NCBI GenBank assembly: GCA_047495785.1
Contig: JBLDXI010000008.1
Location: 13,987 to 77,986, forward strand
Length of the DNA stretch: 64,000 bases
From: Lepidodermella squamata
Taxonomy: Eukaryota > Animalia > Gastrotricha
Direction: 5' to 3'
In this document: in pieces, positions 47,901 to 61,210 of the stretch
Numbering within the stretch: the stretch's first letter is position 1
Layout: each line of letters begins with the position of its first letter
Notes under the pieces: generated by a model
What the model was told of the DNA's origin: nothing
Seen by the model: only the letters and a program-made list of their open reading frames with translations
Database searches by the model: none
Program-made: the position numbers and the translations under genes

Positions 47901-49641
47901 ATTGGTTGGGGCAAATAGTTTCACTTGCTACGACGATGGAACTTGGAGCGAGCCTGGGTACTGCCAAGGAATTGGTAGGAATTTCCGGAAATTTTGTATT
48001 GATTAATTTCCAACTTTTCAAACAGATGTTCCGCAATGTGACGACCCTCCCCAAGTCGCCAACGGAAATATATCAGTCCATACCGAAGATAACATCTTCA
48101 ACCCCGGAACAGTTGCTTTATTGACTTGCTTACAGGGCTACGAATTAGTTGGTTCTGGCTTGATGGTTTGCTTGAAGAACAATTCCTGGTCAATGCCAGG
48201 CGTTTGCAAGCAAAAAGGTCGCCAGCGGGGCGTTAAAGACATTTTAAACTCAATTTCTTTGCGATTTCAGGTCTTTGCAGTGTTCCATCGTTAGAGAATG
48301 GCTTCGTCTTGGATGCAACCGAGAAAACTGTACTATCGGTTGGAGTTGAGATGGCCCCGGGACAAGCGGTAATAACGAAATGTAAACCAGGATTCGAGGT
48401 TAAGGATGGAGCCATGGCATCGATTTGCCAAGCCGATTCGAGTTGGAAACCAAAAATTGGAGAATGCGCGAGAAAGGTAAATTGCATTCATTTGAAGGCC
48501 AATCCGATGTTCAATCTTAACTTTCTTATTTCCTCAAGGATTGGATCGCCGAACAGCGGATGTTGATCGAGGCATGCATAAACGGCAATGTTGATAAGGC
48601 GCGAGAACTTCTCGGTCTCGGTTACCTGGACGCGAACTGGCGAGACGAACGGACCCTAGGCCCCTGGCCTGTCAAAAATGGCACAGCTCTTCATATCGCT
48701 CTGGTTCACTATGCACCGTATGCCCTCATCGAACTGCTGGTTAACCCGAACCGAGCTAATGTCAACGCAAAGGAGGGAGAGTACGGCTCGTCGCCTCTTG
48801 AGATTGCTGTCGACCATCCTGACCCCCAAGTTCTGAAGCTTTTGCTCGACCGAGGCGCAGCTGTTGATTCGAGGGAAGATCGTGCGGGTTGGACGGCGCT
48901 GATGACAGCCTCGAGCAAAGGCCACCTCGAAATGGTTCAGATTCTGCTCGACAACTACGCCGATGTGAACGTGACGTCCTTCAAGGGTAGCAATGCTTTG
49001 TCTGAGGCGTTGAAAGCGAAACATGAGGACATAGCTTTGTTACTAATCGATCGGAAGACTGATATTGATCATGCGAATGCGGATGGTGTTACAGCGATGG
49101 CTCTCGCGCAGAGCAATGCCTTGGCGAGGGTTGCTGACAAGTTGTATGAATTGAGGCCGACAACGACTACAACGACTACAACGACTACTACGACTACGAC
49201 CACAACCACAACAACGACACCTTGCGTGAGTTCTTTCAATAGAATCTGGGAATTTCGCATTGTTTGTGCGATTTTAGGACGGATTTCTTTGCCGTAACCG
49301 CCAGTGCGTTTCTTGGTCTGTGAAGTGTGATGGAGTTTACGACTGTGGTATGGATTTGCTTGAGAATTTTTCCTGATTTTATGTTATGATATTTTACACG
49401 CAGATGATCGAAGTGATGAATGGAACTGCCCAGTTACTACCCCAGAGCCAGCAACGACGACAACTCCTTACGTGAGTTTGATTTAGCCTGATATTTCTCA
49501 TTCTTGTTTTTGTCAAAAACCTGTACTTTTTGTATCGCTTCGTCAATTCTGGCTTATAGTGCCCGTCTTACGATTTTCGATGCGTCTCAAGCAAACTGTG
49601 CATCTCTGCATCACTTCGCTGTAACGGCAACAACGACTGCG
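44933..49641 (+). CDS. Putatively extracellular mosaic protein: signal-ankyrin repeats-3xSushi/CCP-ankyrin repeats-Thr-rich-2xLDLa; 3' end not located
   Basis: N-terminal LHLLVLLFYTIISLPKPCSG; many ankyrin repeats (44933-45931, 46270-47511); three CCP exons (~47792-47975, 48027-48216, 48271-48477); ankyrin block 48539-~49150; poly-Thr; LDLa CDGFLCRNRQCVSWSVKCDGVYDCDDRSDEWNC and CPSYDFRCVSSKLCISASLRCNGNNDC. Junctions from 47511 onward are phase-compatible. Exon 2 is disrupted by an inverted patch at 46633-46729. Confidence 0.8.
46533..46729. repeat. Local fold-back inverted duplication inside a coding exon
   Basis: 46633-46729 is an indel-containing reverse complement of 46533-46623; it creates a TAA at 46662-46664. 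Confidence 0.9.
49158..49220 (+). repeat. (ACN)n coding repeat giving a poly-Thr mucin-like linker
   Basis: ACAACGACTACAACGACT... translates to a Thr run in ORF 48560-49297. Confidence 0.9.
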
Positions 49642-52600
49642 GTTAGTTTTTGCTTAAAAAATCATGGTTCAGGGTTTGGACAAGAAATTTATTAAAAAAC
49701 ATAGTGCCGCCGGCATTGCGTGGGGACTGATTTTTAAGAAACGACCTGATTTTATTAATTAACAGGGGTTCATATCTTCGAATTATCTAGAAAACATAAT
49801 TTCAAACTTCGGAAAAATATAAAAAGGCTTCCGTATTGGTTTTCACATCAATTTATTAATGCTGAACTGGCGCGCAATTTTCAGGTTTTTGGCTGGTGTT
49901 AGGCAGTAGTTCGTGTTGCCCGTGGGTTGGGCTCGTCAAGTTAACTTTCGGCTGCCTGGCAGTGTATTAGTGCTTATTTTAAGTTGCGGCATTGTATATT
50001 TGATCAATTTTTGCTATTGTAGGCGGCAGTGGAGTGGTTAAGCAGCATATTTTTCAGATTTATCAGTTAGATCGGCTTGTTGCTGGCTGTTCTTCTGCAA
50101 CTCATGACTTTGAAGATGAGCAAGCGACCATGTTTTGTTCTGAATTAGGAGCGCTTTGCTGTGACTTGAAACTCCTTATATCCAGAACACCACTCGTTTT
50201 CATAAATTTCGGGAATTTCTCGCGGAGTTACTCTGATTCACATTTTAGATGCTATTGGAGTTCACAGGTTAGAGATGGGGTTTAATGGATGCTCCTTGTT
50301 TATGTTGGCTTGGCATGAGAGTACTAGAATTTACTTTCTTAATGCTTTTCTGTCTAAGAATTCAATCTAATTTTGCCCTAGGGTCTCTTTGCTGTCTTTC
50401 TAAAACCGAAGTTACGGCGTCGATGCACTCGGGGACGTTATGTGTTATGTGCATTTGATGCTGGTAGGAGTCTCGAGTGTTGCATTATTTTAATCTTGAA
50501 CTTCTAGATATAACCGCTAATAACGGTCCGCTAGGGTTGTAACATCTCTGGGCCTCTCAGTCCAGGATCGAATGGATGATGGAAAATATGTAAGGCAACA
50601 TCTAAACTTGAAATGCTTCTGGCTTCTGCTGTTTGTGAGCTGGCGTGATTCAACGAAAGGTGAGTGTGGATGAGGTGGCGCTGCTTGAGCACTCTGAATT
50701 AAGCTGGCACATTTAAGGTGACTAATGACTAGTAAGAATCCGACTTTACGCCTTTCATTTCAAGTCAACTGAACTTTCTTTAGTTCTTTCATCAGTTTGA
50801 GTCATTAGCCAGATTATTTCCGAGTTACTTATTTGGTAGCGCCAACGATATCCATCCAAACTCACACTAGCTAATCACGAGCAAAATAACTAACGCTTGA
50901 AGCCGGCAACAGAATGAAGAATGGGATGTTATGAACAAAACTTGTTAAGAGATGCCATGATAAATTTGTTTCATTTTGATTTCCGCCTTGCTTTGAAATG
51001 TATGATGATTATTTACGAAATTCAGTCGTGAGGTTAAATTGCGTTAATATCTCATGTATGTTTAGAGTAATAATTTACATTTTTTTCTTAGAATTAATCG
51101 ATCAAACTTCAAATGGCTAGTCAAAAGGAGAATACGATGCGACTGATACGATCTATGCCTTGAGCAGTCGGCTCTTCAGGCGCTTGACTCGCGGCAGACT
51201 AAATCAAAGCAAGAGAAACCAAACCGAAGATACTGGGTGTGTTATTCAGCCACGACCACAAATGGTACTTTTAATGTTGAATTTCTTAAAAAATTGGAAA
51301 AAATATAATTATTTTCAAGGGATCGGAATACGAAGAAGATAAATACGAAAATAATATCGTGGATCTATGAGCTAAAGTAAAATGGTCGAATCCAGGAGCG
51401 TGGTATGTTAGAATTTCAACTGTTGTCCAGCCGCAATAATTTTATTCCGATTATTTTCTCAGGTGGTCTGAGATTTTTGAGACCAGTTTTGGTATCGATT
51501 TCGAATATGTCGGATCTGTTGGCGCAAGAGAAATACCGTCTATAATCAAGCTAATATTTAACGTTGTCTTTGTTTCAATGTCGCGGTTAAACTGTTATTG
51601 AATTTCTAAATAATTTTTCGGGGTAAACATGCCAATAAAATGTGGAAACCAAAAGTGTAATTTTTCCGTGAAAATCTGTTTAAATCCATCTTAAGTATCG
51701 ATTGAGTGGCCGTGGCTGATGGCAGATGATGACGACTGCTCTATATCTGTCAGGTTTTCATTCAGGCAGAGCTCGAAGCAGAAGCTAAAAAATGGCGAAA
51801 ATATTTCATAACCACCAGTAAAAGAACCCGGCCTTGGGACCGGTTCCGGGTAAAAACCGCGGAAGGCCTTTACAATGCTAGCATTGCCCTCAGGATTGTA
51901 TACACCTATTGCCGCAAATGAGCCGCAAATATTGCGAATATTCTCAAGCCCGCTATCGAAGGCGAAACTGTTTGAGCGAAAAAGAAAGCCAGCAAAGAAA
52001 TGATAATTTTTCGCATATTTCGTCCCCGCCGAAATTTTAAACTGAGCAGGACAACTACAGCGTGTCCCATAAGTAACGCATGCAAAGAAAATACACGGTT
52101 CAGAACATTTAAAATGAGAGGCGAAGTCACACCTCGTGGCCAGAAAATTTGTAGAAAAATTCAAAATATCACACGAAAGCAAGTATGCGTCACTTTAAAT
52201 GGGATTAAAAATTCCGGAGAAATTGGTCCAACCCGGTAAAATACCGAAAATTACCGAACCAGTTACCATCGGGGTTTTCCGGGATTTCTCCAATAAATCT
52301 TTTATTTTATCGCGGTTAAATCGCCGATAAAAGATGGAAATTCTCTCGGTAGGTTTAATTTAATAAAATTAATTAATTTCCTATTAAAAGTTGCTAAATT
52401 AAAAAATAGTTGCGCAAATTCTGGGACACTATATTTATCCACCTTAATATCGATTTTGTCTCCATGAAACGATATTTTCATGCTTTCCGATAATGTTAAT
52501 ATGGCTAATACAGGTTTTTTTTAATTTCAAATCGGCCGCCTCAGGGCGGAAAAATGAGCCGCAAGATGAGACATGCGCTGAGCTTAAAATTAGGTAAAAA

Positions 52601-55600
52601 AACAGGGATTGGTCGAGGGTCGAGACACCTCACGCTGTGTCCATAATATTAGCCATGGAGGTACAGCCATTGGCCGTGGCCCGTAATTTTGGGTTGGCGG
52701 AGTCTGGTAATAATGAGCCAAGCGGCGCCCGCCGTTGCCGGTCGAAATTAATTTCAAGATGAATCAGAAAATATTATTCTTCTGGCTGTAGATAATAGTC
52801 AAAAAAGCCGAAATAGCAAAAACAAAATCGGAAGCATTTGCGTACCATACATAACCAGCTAACATTACCAGGAGCGCGTATACCAGGTACCAGGTAGGTA
52901 CCATAATCGGCGGGGAGAAGAATCGGCTTTAGTCGCATTAAATGCAAAAAACTACCGCCGGTTTCAATGTTACTAAAATTAAAACGCTTTGAATTTTGTT
53001 GAATTTAGGGTTATTAAGTTTTTGAAAATTTAGGGAAAAATCGCATGGAACCGTGAAAAATGCAGCGTGGCATTGCGGGACTTTCCATAGATATATTAAA
53101 AAAGGAAAAAATCCATTGAAACTACCCACACGTCGGATGAAGGAATGCCTAATAAATGGTAAGAGCTGAGTTTTCACCTGAGTGGAAAGAAATTGAGGTT
53201 TTATGATACGTGTAGTCCCAGTCTTTAAATTTCGCGTCGAAAATCTCACTCAGAAAAAATCAGCACTGTTTGTGTGACAAGCTTATGGCATTTACTGTCT
53301 TTGAGTTTAATTTAAAAGCGATTAAGAGTCACGTGACTAGTGTGGCTGTGTTAATGACGCAACAATGAAGGCAGGCGCCCTTCTAAACGGAGGGCCGTGA
53401 TTTTTTTTGGAATTCTCCTTAAATAGAGGTGATTTTCTCGGTCAGTTTGTAAAATTTTCGAATTTTGAACATATCCTAAGATTCCTCTGCTCTTACATTA
53501 TAATATCACTTAGGAATAGCTTTAGAATACATTTTACCATTAAAATGCAGGCTGAAATACCTGTAATATATGCCCATTTTGAGGATTGTTCTGGTTGCTT
53601 GTTGACCATTGTTTAGCGATTTTAAGCGATTTTAACCGGATTTTCGAGCGATATATTGTTGCTAGCAGTCGTGGCAATTAGATTGTCGAGAAAAAACGGA
53701 TGCCGAAGCATTAAAACTGGCAGAAATTTACCTTTGACGTGAGTGAAAAAGCAATAAAAACTGCCTTTTTCACGCACAAATTTTCAATCTGTGCGCTGCC
53801 CATGTGTTTTTTTAAATAATCGATGAGTGAGAATTTTGCACAATGCTTTTTTGCGAGAGAGTAATTTTGTGCATGTGCGAAGCAAATTTTGACAATTTTT
53901 CAGATTTTAGATTTTAGAACATAGAATTTTGTTAGAAATGCCCAACTTTACAAAATTCATTCGCCTGGCAATTAATATCCTGAAATCAAGGGTATAGATC
54001 TACATTCCGATAAATATTCCTAGGTAATTCAAACTATCTTCGGTTAATTCAAATTTTTATTTTTAATTTTTAATTTATTGATTTCCGAATGATTTTTATG
54101 AAATTCCCCGGCAACTTGCATTTGCGTCCATCCGTTCGGTTTATGTTTTATCAATAATTTTTAACCTTTGAAGCTGTTCAGTATTGATTGCCAGCGACGC
54201 CAGAAATTTTAGATGGTTTATTCAATTATTATTATTTTTTATTGCACCGAATTTATCAGTTTCGTCTCTAATATTCGTCTGACCCCATTGGTTATGGCAT
54301 CTGGCTATGGCATATTAAGTCTAGATTTTGACAGCGTGACAATTCTTTACACTTGCCAATACCAGGAAGCTGAAAATTCCTGCGAATGACCGGAATGAAT
54401 CAGTACAATTTTAACCATTATTTTATTTAGAACTATAAATTATTTGTATATTTTATCGCGGTTTTTGCGAAAAATTTTCAACGGACATGTTAAATTGCTT
54501 CAGCCTCCGACAGTTGCATTGCTTCGGGGGTCCACGTAAAATTAATTGCCTTTCACGCTTGCAGCTGAAATTGTTACATGCTATTTTAAAAGAAATTTTT
54601 TTGAATTTTTTTCAAAATTTGCCATTTTTTCTACGTGGCTTTGCTGACGTTTTTGGTCTTCATGTCATAGCTCATCCCATTTGATCCACGGATAATTTCT
54701 GCTGCCAGCCGCCGCAGCTGACCAGGTCATACGTTGAGGCCGTGACCTAATTATGCCGCCGTAAAAGGTGTAATAATCCGCGCACTCGTTTTATTACTGC
54801 TGTTTTATTACTTGTCAGGTCATGATGTTTGTTTGTGTGTGCGTGTAGAAAGAACCGATTTTCCTCGTCGACCTCCTGCGCTATGCAATTTCAGCATCCG
54901 TAGATTTCCATTAAAATATTAAATATTTCGATAATTTTTGAGTTTTAATTTTTTTGTTGTTCTAGACCACCAGATTAGCATTTAATTATTATTGTGTTAT
55001 TCACTCCCGCCCGTGGCTGCCCCAATTTTCGGCATTATTTGTCCTTCATCGGTCACTGCTTGCCTGGCTGCTAATACTTGGTACGTTTTACCTTCTGCTT
55101 CCACAGGATTGAGGTGGGGGGAAGAATCAAATCAAATCATTACCCATTTTGTTGTGAGACAGAATTTCCGAGCTATCACTTTTTTCCCGGATTTTTCCCT
55201 GAAAATATTGAGGAATTTTTGCGACATGGGAATTTATTGATAACATCGAAATATAATTCGTGTCAAATTCGTAATTTCTTCTGCTGCAATTATCGGTGCA
55301 CCCGATGGAGCCCGTTTACTCGCGGGTAATTTCGCGATAGCTAAGGTGAACAGAATTTCATGTTTCGTTGGTTTTTCGATTTTTCCAATTTTTCATCTGT
55401 TATATTAGTACATTTATCAATTTAAGAAGTAGTCAGCCTAGTGAATAGCCATGATTGAACTGGTATCTGGAAATTCGCCGGAGCGTTGTGTTGATCGCCG
55501 ATGATCACCTGCATTTTGTTATTTTATTTCAATTTTCCGGTATTTTTTTATATTCCCGCAATTTTTTGTTCTCAGACCGCTCGCGTCCTTAATTTGTATA

Positions 55601-57353
55601 GCGTGCATGAAAATGTAAGTAATGGAGATCATTGTGGCTCGGAGATGACGCAAGATCAGATTGTTCTCGACTTAGTTTCATAAAACCCCTGTTACACAAC
55701 AGAGGAAAGCGTTCCATATTAGCGATTTTATTCCTTCATTTCTGCATTATTTTCTATTTTCTATTAATTTCTCGAAATCGTTAGGCAGCTTTTGATGCAA
55801 CGTCTCTACACTCACCTCTTTGCTGCAATGCAGTGCTGCAATGCGACTGCTACCTAATGCGGGTAACTTTTACCCACTCAGATGACCCACCTGAATGAAT
55901 TATTTGTAGCTGCCGTTAATGCTGTTGCTCTAACCAGTCGCTCATCAACTTCGCCTCACCGCGACTACATGTCGGATTGCTCGGATTGAATTATTGGATA
56001 ATTCCAACAATCGTGTTCAATCAAATTTCGGATTATTTTTGATATCAGTTCAGACTTGGCTTGCGTTAGAAATGAAATATTTGTGTGGCATGGTTAATAA
56101 AATATTGCCCCATCATTGGGCGTCCAAAGGCTTATGACTTTTAATTTTGCAACCAGCATTGATGATACTTGATTAATTGCTCGGAGCAGGTAAATTTAAT
56201 TTGCGCATGATTTGGCTGATGGTAATCGAATCCGGAGGGACAGTATAGGCCACTAATTTTGAACGCCAACATTCCATAAATCACGGTCTAGCATTTCAAG
56301 ATTCGCCCATAAAAAATTTTCGAATTTTGCAGCAAAGAATCTACGAGGGCAAAAATCTGAGAGCACATTTCAGTTGAGCTATTGTTTATAAAATTCAAGA
56401 GAATAAGCGCCACGTCTTGCTGTTTTTTGACCCAAAGTAGGAAAATCTCATTTGTTCCCGTCATGCTTCATCTAAGAAAAATTCTTATCAAATCCAGGTA
56501 ATGCCTAGGAATATTCGCGAATAAATATTGAGACTTCCCGATTGGTTATCACCGTTTTAATCATAAAGAAAGAAATGAGTTGAAAAAGCAGGAGTTTTTG
56601 TAACTCCATGGGTAATTCAGCTATAAAGTATTTAGTTTACATATCCTGGGATATATTTTTGCTAACCGGAATTATTTCATTTTTTCTAACTTTTTTTTCA
56701 TTTTTTTCATTTTTTATTAGATTCTTGAATCTGACGGTCCTTAATGTTTCATTCCTTCATCCGGCTGTTGTTAAGGCGCCGCGGTTTTCGTGCATCCGTC
56801 GCCTTGATGGAGTGATCATCAGTCCGAAAATCTGCTCCCCGAATCAAATATGCGTTCAAATTCCTGCTGAAAAATTTCGAATCGAACGGCTGGTAGCCAG
56901 GAGGCGCTGGCTACAACACTGTGCATCTGTTAAACTCAACTTGTTGCAATCGCTTATCGCGTACTTTGACGGCATCTCATTTTCGAAATAGCCTGCCGAT
57001 CGAATGCTATTGTCCCGATGTTTTGTCAGATCGGTCGCTATTTCGCATCTCGTTATCGCTGGAAAGAAATGATTTCTTCTGGAATTCTCGAACTGATTCA
57101 GCTCAGAATGCAGTGATCACAAGCCGAATCACTCCTGGAACCATTCACAAAGGTTAGAAAAGTTGAAAATATTTTCTCCTATATCGGGAAATTTTATAAA
57201 AAATTCGATTCGGGTTTGTCGATGTCTAAGCGCGATTTCAGGGTGAGAAATTTTTGTAAACCTCTGCTGAGCATGGTTTCGCATTTTTACCGAAAATAAA
57301 TTCCAACACTGTGATAATGATTTTCCTAAAATTTGAAAAATGCGAAAAATATA

Positions 57354-57585
57354 CCGTAGAGCGGTACAATTTTGAACAAGTACAAAGTTGAACATTTTTT
57401 CAAAAGTACAATTTTGAACGAACGTTTGCATTGAAAATTTCGTTAATGTTCAAAATTGTACTTCACACTCACGATAGTACAATTTTGAACACTTTCATTT
57501 TTTTCAATGCAAACGTTCGTTCAAAATTGTACTTTTGAAAAAATGTTCAAAGTTGTACCCTGTTCAAAATTGTACCGCTCTACGG
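57354..57585. mobile_element. Tc1/mariner-pogo-type MITE (232 bp, nearly fully palindromic)
   Basis: TA|CCGTAGAGCGGTACAATTTTGAACA...TGTTCAAAATTGTACCGCTCTACGG|TA; TA TSD; internal reiteration of GTACAATTTTGAAC. Confidence 0.9.
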
Positions 57586-57974
57586 TAAATCAGTTTTTGA
57601 TTTCTAATTTTTCTTTCTTGAAAGTTTCATTTTCTAGAAATTCACGATTTGATCCATAAGTACCCCAGTTGCTGCTCATCCCAAATAGTAGCCCAGGGTT
57701 GAGGGGTCAAGTCGGTTCGACGACATTACAAATTAACGATTCAACTGACATTTTATCGAAAATTTATGTTGAAACTGAAGCGCAGTTTTCACCTAGCCTT
57801 ACAGTGAAATATTGAAACGATTTTTTTCCGAAATCAGACAAAGTATCAAGAGTATCACTGTTTTTCCGGAGCCATTTTTCAGCGTGAGATGCCCCCTCAA
57901 ATTTAGAAATTTAGTAAAAATGTCTTGTTTTAGTTATTTTCCGAATTTTAGTTTAGTTTTTTCAACTGGCTTTA

Positions 57975-58168
57975 CAATTAGCTGAACTCGCATCCTTTGA
58001 AAAAGATGAATAGCGCATGATTGTTGAAAATTATGAATTTTTCGGAAAAAGCAGAATCTTCAACTGTGGGGGTGGGTAAGGATCAATCTTCAATCTTTGC
58101 CTACCTTCGCCCTCTTCAAAACCGGAAACGGTATAAGGACGTACAGTCTAGGAGAGGCTAAATGAAAC

Positions 58169-58199
<31 letters not shown>
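57975..58199 (+). mobile_element. Short 3' fragment of an RTE-clade LINE with (ATT)n tail
   Basis: Homologous in inverted orientation to ~63566-63785 (TTTGAAAAAGATGAAT.GCGCATG...CTTCGCCCTCTTCAAAACCGGAAACGGTA...); ends in (TTA)n. Confidence 0.8.
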
Positions 58200-58201
<2 letters not shown>

Positions 58202-58799
58202 ACTGGTGAAATTGTTAGGAATGGCCAGGTGATTTTTGGCCCTAACATCGATGTCTGAGATTATTTAGTTAGCAACGTTTCAGTCTAAAATTGTGGAGTA
58301 TTGTTTTGGCAGTTGATGGAACAAATAAAACAAAATGAAGGAAAATGACCTAGTTATACTTCAATTTCTCATCGTGGATTTTTATTAGCTTTTGGTATGA
58401 AAAATCAAATTTCCTGAAAACGTTGTTCTATTTAACTTTTGGAAGCTGTTGCCATGGTTTATTTCGGAATGCAAAAAATTTCCTAATATTTGATCAGTTC
58501 CTTTATTATTCAAATTGCGGAAAAAATATCACCGTGTTCCTCCTGAAGATATCTATCTGATGACATTTGGTTTTTTATACTCTGGCCATTATCGCCAATC
58601 GACGGTTGGAATTTTGATTTTTTCGATTTTAAGCCTTCAAGAAATAGATAAATCAGCAGACGATCTAGCGCCCATGTTCAGAATTGATGAACGCCGAAAA
58701 TATAATCTAGCCTAAGAAGTTTCGATTTTAGTTTGATTTGAGGGATAATCAGGGCCGACAAAAATTTAATGAAAGACCAGTCATACCTTTGTGGCTGGT

Positions 58800-59210
58800 C
58801 CACAAAATCCGGACGAAATTCCGGTTTCTTTGCCAGAAAATTATGGACATTTTCGTATGAGTCTCGAACTTCTCAATTAGTATTAATTCACGAAACAGCC
58901 TATATCATTTTATATATAGCTGTTTTGTCTTATTTTCAGATGATTTTTCAATTATTCGAGTCGATTGAAAAGTGGGACATTCTCGCGCTCAGCACCTACC
59001 TGCGAGCGTGGCCTTCGCACCGTGCATCAATACGACTACGGCGAGCGTGACATAACAAAACCAATGTCGACAACCACTGGCCCTTGCAACTCGAGAAAGA
59101 CGAGAGCGTGTTATCCTAGTAACAAGGATTGCTCGGGTTGACGAGGGAACTGGCTCCGATGTCATGCGTCGAGATCCAATCAGCATGTGCCATCCATGAA
59201 TCGGTAAGAA
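58800..59210 (+). pseudogene. Decayed exon-like unit, copy 1 (paralogues at ~60770-61210 and, more weakly, ~62700-62965 and ~63480-63560)
   Basis: TTTTCAG-acceptor ... GGTAAG-donor bounded block sharing GAGTCGATTGAAAAGTG, CGACTACGGCGAGCGTGACA and GGTTGACGAGGG with 60921-61205; in-frame stops in all copies. Confidence 0.55.
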
Positions 59211-59735
59211 TTTCCTTATTCGTTTTTCATCTGATTGGCAAACTTATCAGATTCAGAGGTAGATCCGCACGGTATATTCGTTCAGTGGAATTTTGCGCAC
59301 GTATTATTTCCGCATGGAATAATGAGTGATGGGAATTTTGCGCGTAAATTCGTGCTAACGCCGGATGACTTGTCTAGGCGTTAAGGTCGCCCTGATCTAA
59401 CGCTTAATTATGGCTATAATGTAGAGGAATTTTCCTAACGTCTCGTTAACGTGTAATAAATGCTTGGTTTTACGGTTGATAAGTCTTGGATGGGCTGAGT
59501 TTCAGGAATTATTTTGGCATTTTCCAAAAGCATTTCCAGGAATCTTTCGACTAAGGCTTGATAATTCTTGACTATTCAAAAACCAGGTATTTTCTGCCGT
59601 TATTCACACATTTCCCCGTCAGACTAACGTTATGTCCGAAGGCATTTGCAGGCGTTAAAATAGATCCACCTTAACGCGTTAGCTTGCTTAGAGTGGTGTT
59701 GCGATGATTAACAAACTATTTTTGTCTGTGATCTC

Positions 59736-60665
59736 CATAGAGCTATTTTTAAGATAGAGGTCCTACTCCTGACTTGTTTGAAAAGTAAACAAATCAGGCG
59801 ATTTTTTTATTCCCGATGTCTAATTCATATGGTAATTTCCTTGACGAAAAATTTGGTGGTACCAGATAGCGCTTCAAATGGGGAACACTGCGATTATTTT
59901 TTCGAAATTTTCAGAGAAATTTAGAGCAGGTAAAGCAGAAATTTAGAGCAGGTAAAAACAATTATTTGATTTCGAATAAATGGAAATTAACTAATAATTA
60001 GATCGAAAATCGAAATTGAAGCATGTTTCGAATTTAGTGGGTTATATCCTGATCACACTCTATTTTGATGCTTGGGGCGAGCTTGGACGATTTTTTTCTG
60101 ATTTTCTATAATTTTATAAATTATTCTGCTTGGATTTACATTATAAAAATCGAGATTGCCCGTTGGATTCAATCCAGAATCTTTCTTGACAGCTTGTGCG
60201 CCACGTGTGGCTGAGTTGAGTCCGGAGCTGGAACGGAGTTCGAATGCAGTGAAAAGCCATTCATTCAACTAATAAAAAAATTCCAGAAAATCAGGAAAAA
60301 TTCGTCCAAGCTCTCTAAGCACTGAAATGTGGAGCTTGATCAGAACTACCTGGTCCGTTAGAAATACGCTTAAATTTCGCAGCTGTCATGTTTTATTATT
60401 GATTAATTTCCTTTTTATGCGATTTTTCCCATTTCAAAAAATATTTAAATTTCGGAAAAATAATCAATGTGCTCGTCGTTTCAAGAGCCATCTCGAACCG
60501 CCGGGTATGATTGATTGTAATCAATCGTTTACGAATAACGAGCGATCGAAACTCACCTGATTTGTTTACTTTTCCAACCACTCGACGCTGATTCATCCAT
60601 CCGGCGCCCATGGCGTTTACAGGCTTAGTCAGGAGTAGGACCTCTATCTTAAAACTAGCTCTATG
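59736..60665. mobile_element. Non-autonomous P-element-superfamily transposon (930 bp)
   Basis: 39-bp TIR CATAGAGCTA(T/G)TTTTAAGATAGAGGTCCTACTCCTGACT (1 mismatch); perfect 8-bp TSD GTGATCTC at 59728-59735 and 60666-60673. CA termini with an 8-bp TSD fit the P superfamily (hAT not excluded). Confidence 0.85.
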
Positions 60666-60769
60666 GTGATCTCTCGTGCGAAAAAATCCTCTCTACAATA
60701 AAAGTTGTGCGGAACATTCCGCTTAAATAATATTTCAGATATAAATTTAAAATTGTGGCTTCACGCGGA

Positions 60770-61210
60770 AAATGCCACTCAATTTGAAAAAATTCCACTC
60801 AATTTGCGAGAAAAATATGGAACTTTTCGTATGCATCTCGAATCTCGAACTTCGGACTTCTCGACTAAAATTCCATCATGAAAAATCCCACGTAATTAAA
60901 CCTATTTTCTCTTATTTTCAGATGCCGCATTTCAATTTTCCGAGTCGATTGAAAAGTGTTACATTCTCGCGCGCAACACAGTGAACTGCGAACGTTGCCT
61001 CCACAGAATGCGCCAGCACGACTACGGCGAGCGTGACAACAGCACCAGGGTCGCCAACCACCGGCGCCACCACCGGCCCAAGTAACCCATGAAAGAGGAT
61101 CGCGTGTTATTCGGGTAGCAGGAATGTTAATTGAATGACTGGTTGACGAGGGCGCTGGCTCTATCATACGTCGAGATCTAGTCAACATGCCTCATCGATG
61201 AATTGGTAAG
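60770..61210 (+). pseudogene. Decayed exon-like unit, copy 2
   Basis: See 58800-59210; the phase-1 frame reads DAAFQFSESIEKCYILARNTVNCERC... with several stops. Confidence 0.55.

Noticed and set aside
49069-49260. Minus-strand poly-Val ORF
   Set aside because: Antisense shadow of the poly-Thr codons.
51110-51560. Exon-like fragments containing RRYWV (Harbinger transposase-like N-terminus)
   Set aside because: Too short and interrupted; no DDE domain or TIRs found.
50000-57300. Numerous 60-160 aa ORFs in AT-rich DNA
   Set aside because: F/I/K/N-rich composition typical of non-coding sequence, with no domains or consistent exon chains; the missing last exon(s) of the LDLa gene could not be identified here.
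60200-60252. A-box/B-box-like motifs (TGGCTGAGTTG...GTTCGAATGC)
   Set aside because: No cloverleaf could be folded; it lies inside a non-autonomous transposon.
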